Of a stretch of DNA of 64,000 nt, positions 1-10,579 are shown one piece after another; within the stretch, counting starts at the first letter, position 1, and each line of letters begins with the position of its first letter. The notes beneath the pieces were generated by a model, which saw nothing but the letters and a program-made list of their open reading frames with translations, did no database searches and was not told where the DNA came from. Origin of the DNA: Octopus vulgaris (lineage: Eukaryota); contig OX597833.1 of NCBI GenBank assembly GCA_951406725.2, forward strand, positions 27,342,001 to 27,406,000, given 5' to 3'. A program made the translations under genes and the position numbers.

Positions 1-170
1 ACATGTCCAACTAGTTAATGCCAAGCTACTGTCAGACAAATCTGTGGTATTGAGCAAAATGTTTGCTGTAGCCCATCTTTTATACGAAGACAAAATATAT
101 ACAGGATAATATTTTCAATCGGTTAAGTTGAGAAACCATGCGAGTCAGTGCCTGGTACTGCATCAGGGCT

Positions 171-231
171 ATCATTATTATTATTATTATTATTATTATC
201 ATTATTATTATTATTGTTGTTATTGTTGTCG

Positions 232-263
<32 letters not shown>

Positions 264-351
264 GCTGTTGTTGTTGTTATTGCTGTTGTTGTTGTTGTTG
301 TTGTTGTTGCTGCTGTTGTTGTTGTCGTCGTTGTCGTCGTCATCATCATCA
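171..351. repeat. compound trinucleotide microsatellite (ATT)n/(GTT)n/(GTC)n
   Basis: Directly visible; explains ORFs 80..557. Confidence 0.95.
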
Positions 352-356
352 TATGA

Positions 357-570
357 AGGGAGTGAGGTGGCAGAATCTTTAGCACTCCGTGAAAAATGCT
401 TAGCAGCATTTTGTCCGTCTGCACGTTCTAAGTTCAAATGCCACCGAGGTCGACTTTTCCTTTCATCCTTTCGCAGTCGATAAAATAAGTACCAGTTGAA
501 CGCTGGGATCAATGTAATCGACTTAACCCTACCCCGCAATTGCTGGCCTTGTGCCAAAATTTTAAACCAT
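357..570 (+). mobile_element. tRNA-derived SINE, family A (about 210 bp)
   Basis: A-box-like TGGCAGAATC head, B-box-like GTTCAAATGCC, core CCTTTCATCCTTTCG..GTCGATAAAATAAGTACCAG, tail GGCCTTGTGCCAAAATTT; about 20 diverged copies in the window. Confidence 0.85.
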
Positions 571-796
571 TATTATTTTATTATTATTATTGTACAAGTA
601 CCTGTGTGTTCAACACTATTTTTTTTTCAATTTTGGAAAAATTGAAGCATGCCTTTGGCAATTCCGAAGCGTATTGAACTTATTTTGTGCGTGTCTTTTG
701 GCCTACTCTGTATGTGTACAAGCAAAACCAATGGAAATCACACCTTTTATAAATTTCCTTGCTTTCATTGAAATATATAAGCATATTTTCATTTTA

Positions 797-990
797 TTCA
801 AATTTTGGGACAATGCCAGAAATTTTGGGGGAGGAGGTAAATCGATCACATTAACCTCAGTGCTCAACTGGTACTTATTTTATCGACACCGAAAGAATCA
901 CAGGCAAAGTCGACTTCGGATGAGTTTGAACTCAGAACTTAAAAACAGACGATATAGTGCAAAGCATTTTGATCGACAAGCTAACGATTT
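797..990 (-). mobile_element. SINE family A, decayed
   Basis: Reverse complement of the family A core (CTGGTACTTATTTTATCGAC...GCAAAGTCGAC). Confidence 0.75.
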
Positions 991-1199
991 TATCTACATA
1001 TTCTTGAATTACTGTTTCATTAATTGTGATAATCAGTTTAAAGTGATAATCAGATTAAACAGATTAAAGTGGTTGGAAAATTGGGTTTTAGATATCTTCT
1101 AGTGCTAGTAACAGAGTAATAAATTCTGGTCTAGCTGCAAGGTGATATATCAGTCCATTGTACCGTTCAACTAGCAGGTGAGATTTTTATCATAAACTA

Positions 1200-1855
1200 T
1201 ATGTACAATGACCTACGATACGTTTTTAGCCAAAGGAGTAAAACAATAATCATATTCAAAGTCTGAAGACTCAAAAAAATACCTAACCCAATATCTGAAA
1301 ATTTGCTTCCTTTTGCAAGTTTCACAGCTTTTACACGGTCTTCCATCGTTTTGACTAAGTAAGTGACAATAGTTTGATCCATATCAATCCATGTTTTCAA
1401 GAGAGTGCATTTGAGGGCTGCCACGGACGTGACTTTGGCAGAATTAGCTTGAATTGGACAGTCAAAGTACTCCCAGGCAAGCTCGATGGGGTTCAAGTCG
1501 GGGCTTTGAGGTACCCACCTGAAGGTCTTGATGCCATGCGTTTCTTTCCAGGCATTTCAAACTTTGCTCGTATGACATGGTGCTCTATCTTCTTGAAAAA
1601 GAGAAGTGTACTTATTCATTTTACCGGTATCGTAAATCGGAAACCGTTCTTTTTCGAACATATCACAGTATTTCCGACCTTCCAACCGGTTTTCAACGAA
1701 ATTAACTCAGATTTCCTCCTGCTCAGACAGCCACCTCACCCCATCCCATCATGTTTCACGGTAGTTTGCAAACACTCAACCTTCCAAGTTTCAGTTTTGT
1801 TCCTCCATGCATAGACTTGCCTTAAACTCTAATATTGGTAAAACTTACTTTCCAA
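1200..1855 (-). pseudogene. Tc1-like DDE transposase C-terminal fragment
   Basis: Minus-strand peptide ...PDLNPIELAWEY...ALKCTLLKTW..MDQ..V..LV..M..RVKAV..AKG resembles the Tc1 SPDLNPIE C-terminus; disrupted. Confidence 0.75.
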
Positions 1856-1941
1856 ATTAAGTACCAGTTAAACACTAGTCCCCTCCCACCAAATTTCAGA
1901 CATTGTGCCTTTAGTAGAAAGGATTATTATTATTATCATTG

Positions 1942-2115
1942 AAGGCGGCAGGACGGCAGACTCGTTAGCAAGTCGCACAAAATGCTTAGCGGCATTTCAT
2001 CCGCCTTTTTGTTCTGAGTTCAAGTTCTGCCGAGGTCAATTTTACCTTTCATCCTTTTAGGGTCGACAAAATAAGTACTATGAAATTGCTGGCCTTGTAC
2101 CAAAATTTGAAATTA
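1942..2115 (+). mobile_element. SINE family A (preceded by a 3' fragment at about 1855-1925)
   Basis: Same head and core as 357-570, with an internal deletion. Confidence 0.8.
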
Positions 2116-2470
2116 TTATTATTTCTTCTCTTTTTTACTTTTCATTATATTTGGTGTATTTTTCGTTTGTTTACTTATTCTATTCTCAACCACAGCTTTT
2201 AATCTTTAGTTTTAATTTTCAATTTCAATTTTAAATATCTCTTCTTTAGTTCTACTATATTCCTTTTAATTGTTCACAATTCCCAGTTCTGGACTCAGTC
2301 TATTTCATTCTACTTTTTTGTTTACTCGCTTTCACACAAAGTTCTTTTCGATTCAACTACTGCTTCTATTTTTTTCTCCATTAAGGTCAACCAACATTAT
2401 TTTTTTTTCTAAAGTAGTCGCCTAGTCAGATTAAAAAGCATATTCATTGAACTGTATCCACTAAAGACTA

Positions 2471-3337
2471 CAAGGCCTGATCAATAAGTATCCAGACTGT
2501 TGCCATAATAACGAAGCTAAAGCATGCAGAGAGAAGCCGCTTGGCAAAGATTGACTTTGACCTCTGCTGTGCATGGGCTCACTTCCGCTGTTTACAGCAA
2601 TGCTTGGAAGGAACGTGTGTAACGTGTGATCGTCGCATTAACCATGACAGAAAGTTGTCATGGCAATACCTGCTCAGAGGGTTACACAAAGTTGCAGAAA
2701 GTGTGTGGAGAGGAGTGTATGAACCGCACACAAGTATGCGAGAGGTTTAGACGTTTCGAAGAGGGCCGAAAAATATCGATAGTGACGAACGTTTTGGAAG
2801 ACCCGCAACCAGCAGAACTGAGAAAAACATCGCAGATGTGCATGCAGCTGTGAGAGGAAATTGTCGAATCACCATCCGTGAGTTATCAGAGAATGTGCAG
2901 ATTAGTTACGGTTCAGTTCAGTTCATTATCAATGAAGATTTGGGTATGATACGCGTGTCTGACAAGTTTGTGTCACAACTGCTTTCAGCTGTCCAAAAAG
3001 ACACTCGGGTTTCAGTCGCACAAAATTTCCTTGATTGTGTCGAGAACGATGAAAACTTTTTTAAAACTTTGCGTAGGCCTCTGAGCAGGTATCACCAAGC
3101 TTTTAGCAAAATTTGATGCAGATTCTCTGCTCAACTTTGTCATGGTCGATGCGAGGAACACACCCTACACACGTTACTTCCAAGCACTGCTGTAGACAGC
3201 GGAAGTGAGCTAGGACGTTAACACTTAGTGCGCATGAAGAGCAAAACTGCAGGTCAGCCTCTGCCACATGGCTTTATTCTGCGTGCTTTAGCTTCGTTAC
3301 TATGGCAGCAGACCGGATACTTATTGATCAGACCACG
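2471..3337 (+). mobile_element. internally deleted mariner element with about 60-bp imperfect TIRs and TA target duplication
   Basis: Left TIR CAAGGCCTGATCAATAAGTATCC...GCTAAAGCA, right TIR TGCTTTAGC...GGATACTTATTGATCAGACCACG; TA on both sides; HTH peptide RITIRELSENVQISYGSVQFIINEDLGM.RVS.KFV..LLS; catalytic domain absent. Confidence 0.9.
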
Positions 3338-3945
3338 TATATTATATTAAATATACTCGTATAATTTAATTATTCCCTGATATCATAACTGTCTGATCAA
3401 CGTTCTCGTGAAATACTAAGTAACAGTTTGTGAAGAATTTTTCTGCGCTAATAGAATTGTACGAACACACGAAGAGTGATTGTTGGACACCCTGCGGGAC
3501 GAAATATAATACCCGTCAAAGGACAGGAGAACTACTGTGTTGTCAACGGCCAATTCAAGAAGTCCCTTGTCGCGGTGAAGTGTCTGTATGCTCCATTGAC
3601 CCAGAGAGCTGTGCTGGAGGGAGAGAAATCTTCAGGCAGGTCTCACCAGGCCAGACAAGTTGAAGGGTAGGAGAAAGACAAAACCTTAACGACAATAAAT
3701 CGAAGCGTCGGCAGCAGGGCGTGGATATAGTTATCGACAGGACCTAACAGATCAGATTCCTGGCTTTGAACTAGCAGGATGCCATGCAGAGGGTCTTGAA
3801 TACAAAACAATAGATGAGACCTTAATGAGCAGTGCCCTGTGACTCCAATAGTATGCACAACCAAAACCCCTATGAAATAGGAACATCCTATGGGAGGGCC
3901 TAGAAGAGATTAGATATTAGATTTGAATACATATATATATATTAT

Positions 3946-4135
3946 GTAATTAAGGGTTTAGCATCGATTTGCCTCACCACACACCGAATTTAGCTTGCCT
4001 GTCTGTGTTTGCCTTTCAAGTGCTGTGGTTTTACTGAGATCTCCCTTTTAGTAGAAAGGAATAGCTATAACTCTTTGACTGCTATTTCTAAATTCGGTGT
4101 GTGGTGAGGCAAATCGTTGCTAAACCCTTAATTAC
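3946..4135. mobile_element. MITE-like element with 48-bp near-perfect terminal inverted repeats
   Basis: GTAATTAAGGGTTTAGCATCGATTTGCCTCACCACACACCGAATTTAG (3946-3993) and its reverse complement at 4088-4135, one mismatch. Confidence 0.8.
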
Positions 4136-5484
4136 TTAGTATTACTTAAACGTTATCTGGGTATGGGATGAGATATGATACACAGATAGCAGATGATAAC
4201 TAATGTAGAGACTTTAATTGTTATTTCACCTGCTTTGACCTCGAGTTTGTGTTTTAAAATTGGTAAATTGTCAGTGGATTTTGCATGAATTTGCAAAATT
4301 TTCACTATATGTATATATTCACACGTATCCTTACATAAACGTATACAAGCTGTGTAATGCACCTGCACTTTAGTAGATGTATGAACATGGATGTGCTGAT
4401 CATTTTATGTGGTTTACGAAGTTTTTTAAAGCGCTTATAAAAACTCATGAAATGTGTTTTACTGCTCGTATGATGTCTCGTTTATATGTTATTTACATGC
4501 ATGGCTTTGAATTCAAGCACGAACTCCTGAGATCGAATAAAGAGAAGAAATAATTACAGAAAAAATATGGAAGGTACAATGGATGCAAAGTAATCACGGA
4601 ATAAAAGCACAGTATAAAAGAGAGACTCATGAGGAGGAACGAATTCATCAAAACGACAAGGAAATTCCTCATAAGGAAAGCAGTGAAGAATATACAGAGG
4701 AGGGAGATTAAGGTTAACCGCTCATCGATAATCAAACTAGTTAGCAGACAAAGTTACGAATTTGTATTAGCATGGACTCTTGAAGGAGTTAAAATTACGC
4801 ACCAACAATTAGATTCTAGATATAAACAACATGCAGAATATAGACTTACAAGTAAACTAAAATAACGAAATAACGAGCTTAAGAGAAAATATACTCAAGA
4901 TTTTGTTATTTTTCAATACTAAATGTCTCAAAATTACTTAGTGGTGTATTCAGTATCACTTGAATACATTTTGAAAAATTGTTAAGAAAATGGGATCATA
5001 GAGTACATATGGCAAACTAACCAGAAAATATTTCATATTTCATTCTTTAAATTATACCTTTTTTAATTATCGTATTTTATTCTACTTTTTATTTATATCC
5101 CTGCAAATGAGCAAATACATACATCTGTATATGCGTGTCTTTATGAATGTGTTTAGGTGTGTGTATGGGTAAATGTATACATGTATATAAGCATGTGCTC
5201 GAAGATATGTTTGCATGTATGCATATGCATGCAAATGTATGTGCATGTATGCATATGCATGCAAATGTATGTGCATGTATGCATATGTATGCATAAATGT
5301 GTGAGTGCGTGTGCGCAGATGCATGTATAGATGTCTACGAGTTCGGATGTTTGTGCACCTTTAGAACTCTTAATCCGTCCTTTCCGTATTAACAAAGTCC
5401 ACGTTATCCTTTCCTTTTCTCTAAGCCATAGCAAGTTTCGTAGTTTTTTTTTTATCTCCGGGGCCTTTTTGCTTAGTAAAGAAG

Positions 5485-5603
5485 ATATTATTATTACAAT
5501 TGTTGTTGTTGTTGATGATGATGATGTTATTATTATTAGTACTAGTAGCAGTAGTAGTAGTAGCAGTAATAGTAGTAGTAGCAGCAGCAGCAGCAGTAGT
5601 AGT

Positions 5604-5666
<63 letters not shown>

Positions 5667-5723
5667 TGTAGTAGTAGTAGTAGTAGTAGTATATAATTTC
5701 GGCTTGGACCTATAGTATAATGG

Positions 5724-5772
<49 letters not shown>

Positions 5773-5773
5773 T
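5485..5773. repeat. compound microsatellite (GTT/GAT/AGT/AGC/ATT)n
   Basis: Directly visible. Confidence 0.95.
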
Positions 5774-5775
5774 AT

Positions 5776-6202
5776 ATGTTTGGTTTTTGCTTCTCACCCA
5801 GAGACCGCAAAAGACAAGTTAAAGTTCAAGTTGGTGTTAATACTAGGGTGCCATACTTTTGGTTTTGCACAGAGTATTTTTCTAGAGAATGTCTGTCACA
5901 ACATAATGAACTTAGAAGTTTGTTTTAAAACTAATTTGGTGATAAGATGAAAATGTGATGTTAAGATGACACTGAAAGGTGTTTGCTATTATGTACATTT
6001 AAATGTACTTTTGACAATGTTTACAGATTAAAATGTTGACTCCAAGTCTCACCCAGAGACATCAAGAGACAAGTTAGAAGTCCAAGTCGGTATTATGACT
6101 AGGGTGCCATATTTTTCGTTTTTGCCCAGAGTATTGTTCAAGAAAATGTGTCAAAACATAAGAAAATTAAAAGTTTGTTTTCAAAGTAAATTGATTATAA
6201 GA
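5776..6202 (-). mobile_element. two tandem 3'-UTR fragments of the second R4/Dong-like LINE family
   Basis: TCTCACCCAGAGAC...AGACAAGTT..AAGT.CAAGT.GGT.TT...CTAGGGTGCCATA occurs twice (about 5795 and about 6047) and is the reverse complement of the UTR at 20230-20400 and 59150-59338. Confidence 0.75.
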
Positions 6203-6204
6203 TG

Positions 6205-6297
<93 letters not shown>

Positions 6298-6519
6298 TTA
6301 AGATTATTATTATTATTATTATTATACGTATCATGCATTTACAAAAGCAAAAGCAAAGGCATACTGAAATATACTTTATAAACTAAAGACATACTGATCT
6401 CAATTTGTTGTTGCAAGAAAAAAATTATTAAAGAGACTGATGAGGATGATTATAATTATAATTATAATGACGATGATAGATATGATGCTGTTAATGATGA
6501 CAATTAACATTATTATTAT

Positions 6520-6883
6520 TACATTCGCCTTAGAGAAGGCGGAGGTATTGTTTCCAATCGTGTTTGTTTGTTAGTTTGTACGTGGGCAAGATATCTCAAG
6601 AACCGCTGGGTAGATTCGAATAAAACTTTCAGGGATTTTTAGTCTCGTAACTGGCACGAACCGATTAGATTTTGGGATCGATCTAGAACCGGACAAGGAT
6701 TCTGAATTATTTTTCTTGTTTTTTACTTAATTTTTGAGAGTGGTCGGCTTTATTTTTAATATTCTGGTTTGTGTGGGCAGTCGAGTATATTTCAGATATT
6801 CTTATTTTAAAAATAATCTCTAATTGTTGTAAGGATGTTGGAGTTGCCTTGGCGGAGGTTTGCGCTTTCTGAGTACACTTGTT
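6520..6883 (+). mobile_element. non-autonomous Helentron/HINE (DINE-1-like) element
   Basis: 5' TCGCC..AAGGCGGAGGT followed by a GTTT microsatellite, GATATCTCAAGAACCGCTGG..GATT..AAACTT, central GATC motifs and 3' subterminal CCTTGGCGGAGGTTTGCGC; this layout is characteristic of HINEs. Confidence 0.7.
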
Positions 6884-6901
6884 ATTATTAATGTAATTTG
6901 T

Positions 6902-7771
6902 TGTTATGGGAGAATCTTGTACACCTCCACGTGACTGAAAGTGGATTAACGGATTTCCATAAAATAAGAACTGTGTGAACTGTCAGCGGCAGTTGACAGT
7001 GTTGGTCAACCGTATCGGTTACTGTGTTAGTGCGACGTGTGTTGCTTAAATATAGTACCAATGTTCGAGTAGTACGGAGTGCGTTCTGCGATAGGTTATT
7101 TTAGATAACCACATCCAAATATTTAATTGGTTGATACTATTTTAGATCCGACGTGTACATGCACGTCATAACATTTTTGGTGACGAGATTATTCGAAGCT
7201 CATGCTGGACAGATTGTTTTTTGAACATGGAATATTTACTGGCTTCGGTAATTGAATTACAGCAACAACAAGAGTTGCTGGAATTACAAAAACAGCAACA
7301 ATGGCAGCAGCAGCAACAGCAACAACAGCAGCAACATTTGCTGAATTTTCAGAAGCAACAGCAACTGTTAGTACAACTAGTACAGAAGAAAACAGAAAAT
7401 GGGTCTAGTTCGTTCACTCTCCATCGTAGAGTTCACATATAACCCAGATGAGGGTACTACCTCTCCTGCTTACTTTAGAAAGTATGAGGAAATTTTTAAA
7501 GAAGAATGCTCTTACTGGCAAGACGAAAAAAGCCGGAGTTTTTTGAGAATGTTGGCACCAGCAAAGCATGAGACAATTGCATCTTGTCAATGTTTGGTTA
7601 GAGTGTTAGTGCGACGTGAGTTGGTTTAACATTCCACCTACGTTGGAGCAGTACGGAGTGCGTTCTATGTGAACATAATAATTCTGCGATAGGTTATTTT
7701 AGATAACCACATCCAAATATTTAATTGGTTGATACTATTTTACACTCGACGTGTAGGCGCACGTTATAACA
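6902..7771 (+). mobile_element. internally deleted Gypsy LTR element: 5' LTR 6902-7173, PBS, gag fragment, partial 3' LTR ending 7771
   Basis: LTR TGTTATG...CATAACA; PBS TGGTGACGAG at 7178; gag peptides MEYLLASVIELQQQ and FTYNPDEGTT..AYFRKYEEIF; LTR sequence recurs at about 7603-7771. Confidence 0.85.
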
Positions 7772-8165
7772 GTTATTATTGTTGTTATTGTTGCTGCTGT
7801 TATTGTTGTTGTTGTTGTGTTTAGTAATAAGCATGACGGCAGTATCCAGATCGCCAAGAGGGAAATGCGCCATATTTAATCTACTGTATCATTATTCTAA
7901 ATCTCAGTTCACAACCACTGCAGCGACTGCCAACATCGCCATCAGCATTACATTGGAGTACATTTTACCTCAAAGTCTCACGCTTTATGCTGTCATTCTT
8001 TCAATCTTCTTTTTCTATTTACTGCCTTCTCTTTGTCTTACTCGTTTCCTATTTACAGTTTCTGCATTTCTTCCTCTCACTCGATTCCTTAATGTTTTCT
8101 GCCCACCATCTTCAATCACTATGTACATATGTTTGTGTGTGTCTGCTAGAGAGGTAGAAAGTACT

Positions 8166-8167
<2 letters not shown>

Positions 8168-8228
<61 letters not shown>

Positions 8229-8384
8229 AAAGAAGAAGGAAGGGGAGGGGAGAGGAGGGGAATGGGAGAAGAAGAAGAAGAAGAAGAAGAAGAAGAAGAA
8301 GAAGAAGAAGAAGAAGAAGAAGAAGAAGAAGAAGAAGAAGAAGAAGAAGAAGAAGAAGAAGAAGAAGAAGAAGAAGAAGAAGAA
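8168..8384. repeat. (TG)n and (GAA)n microsatellites
   Basis: Directly visible. Confidence 0.95.
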
Positions 8385-8886
8385 ATAATGATAACAGCAA
8401 TATCAGCTTGGATATTCCACAGTTATTTTGAATACTGTAAGATAGTAGAAAGATTGTAGAAAACCATAAACAGATAATTTGCTATGAAAATGTCAAATAT
8501 TTTTTATTCTACGTCAAGAATTGAATAATCTTAACCGTAGAACGAAATCAAAGACGTAATCTATCCATATTCGTCTGCTATTGTGCTATTGTGCTATTCA
8601 ACAGAATTTAATAAGTTGTAATAAATCTTTATTTTCATATCAGAGAAAAACTCATATGAGGCGAGTTGAATTCATAGAACCAAAGAATAGTTCTATGAGT
8701 ATAGAAGCCACTCTATTCAGCTGTGGGTTCTAAAAAGAAAAACATCAGTAATATAAACACAGGCATAATTGTATATTTTTTTTAAATCGCTTAGTAACCA
8801 TGTGATTTTGAGTTCGGTCCCACTGAACAGTAACTTGTACAAGTGTCTTCTACTCTACCCTCAATTTGTCTTCTACTCTACCCTGT

Positions 8887-9335
8887 CTAAAGTAAGGCGT
8901 CATCCCTATATAGACTCCCTGTTAATTCCGGAAAAGAAGACTGGATTAATGAAAGGATAGATATTTGGACTAGGTCAGTGACCTGAGCAGAATCATATGA
9001 GCCTATTGCTATATCAAATGCATTCTCCTTATCTAATCTACTCCATAATCTACCATCAAAATCTACTAGAGTGGCTTGTATAGTATCTATTTCGCGTCGG
9101 GACAAATCGGAATTTTTCAGGCTAAAAATCAGCGCTTGATTAAGAACGATCAGATTAATGAGGGCATAATATCTAGTTGCAAGAATTTACTATCCTTACT
9201 AATTTCTAGAAGCTTAAACCATTCAACCACCTCATGGGTATCGGTCCAGAGGACTAATCTAATTTTAGACTTAAGGACGGGTATTACCCTATCAGTGGTG
9301 ATGAAGGTGATTGTCTAGATCGAATTTGTTGATGG
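8887..9335 (-). pseudogene. Penelope-like element reverse transcriptase fragment (YRDD type)
   Basis: Peptides WTDTHEVVEWFK...KFLQLDI and FDIAIGSYDSAQVTDLV...GSLYRDDAL resemble the FDVTMGSYDGAE/GLYRDDG type of PLE RT; frameshifted. Confidence 0.75.
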
Positions 9336-9432
9336 TGATATATAGATATATATACACCAAGGCGGTGCCCCAGCATGGCCACAGTTAAATGACGGAAACA
9401 ACTAAAAGAATAATACAATATATATATATACA

Positions 9433-9928
9433 TTGTCCACTTTGAACTTTTAAACCCAAACCAAACGATAACAAAGGAGATCGACTGCGAGCAGCTTGAG
9501 CGGCTTAAGTCAGCGCTAGAAGAAAAATGACCATCTTTGGTTTCAAGACGAAAGGTGTTCTTCCATCAGGATAATGCTCGACCACATACAGTGAGAATGG
9601 CATTCCAAAGGCTGGAGCAGTTTGAATGGGAAATTATGCCCCACCCACTATATTCGCCGGACATAGCCCCATCTGATTATCCTTTATTCAGCTGTCTTCA
9701 AAATCATATGGACGAAAAAAATATGAATTCTGCAGACGAGGTCCGAACAGTACTGGAGGAGTATTTTTCGTCACGGACAAGTGAATTTTGGAAGAGGGGC
9801 CTTGAATGTCTACCAGAAAGATGGAAGAGCATTGTTGAAAATGAAAGAGAGTATATTTTACATTAAAAAAGAACTTTGTTAATTTTCAAAAATAAAAATA
9901 TAAAAAAACGCACTATTTATGGGATGAC

Positions 9929-9932
<4 letters not shown>
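9433..9932 (+). pseudogene. mariner transposase 3' half with right TIR
   Basis: HQDNARPH...YSPDIAPSDYPLF (DD34D region); TIR-like TATTTATGGGATGACCCAA followed by (TA)n. Confidence 0.9.
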
Positions 9933-10005
<73 letters not shown>

Positions 10006-10245
10006 GGCAGTTTAACAAACACAATTGATAAAATAGTACTTAACATTAAAATAAGTACTGGCGTCGATATTTTAGATTAAACCTATGAAGATTAATTGCT
10101 GATGTAATGAGAACCCCAGTATGATCACGATCTGTTAATTAATATAAGACAAGGTGAAAAAAAGAGAATGTGCATATGTGTGGGGAGTGTAATAATTTTT
10201 GATTATATAAACTGTTACAATAAAATCAATTTTACATTAATATGA

Positions 10246-10393
10246 AGGGTTACTCAATACTTTTGTAGAGTACATATTTATTGTCCTTAAACAAAAATAT
10301 TATTGACAGTGACTTCGAAATTTCGGCCAGCTAGGCCATCGTCGGGCGATACTTCGAAGTCACTATCAATAATATTCCTGTTTACGAGTAATG

Positions 10394-10395
<2 letters not shown>
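10246..10395 (-). mobile_element. short hairpin element containing a degenerate hammerhead core
   Basis: About 30-bp inverted arms (AATATTATTGACAGTGACTTCGAA / TTCGAAGTCACTATCAATAATATT) enclose minus-strand CCGACGA-T-GGCC-TAGCT-GGCC-GAAA. Confidence 0.55.
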
Positions 10396-10461
<66 letters not shown>

Positions 10462-10462
<1 letters not shown>

Positions 10463-10533
10463 TAGCAGAGATACCCGGCGTTGCCCGGTTACATTCAATT
10501 GAAGAATTAGACTTTTCTGTTATATATATATGG

Positions 10534-10579
<46 letters not shown>

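Noticed and set aside
80-557. Homopolymeric ORFs (poly-T/N/C/V/L) here and similar ones throughout the window
   Set aside because: All coincide with trinucleotide or dinucleotide microsatellites.
3400-3900. GC-richer segment with short ORFs, possibly an exon or retroelement relic
   Set aside because: No motif I can identify in any frame; left unannotated.
4500-4900. Lys/Arg-rich ORF 4629-4865 resembling a Penelope N-terminal region
   Set aside because: The similarity is compositional only, with no diagnostic motif.
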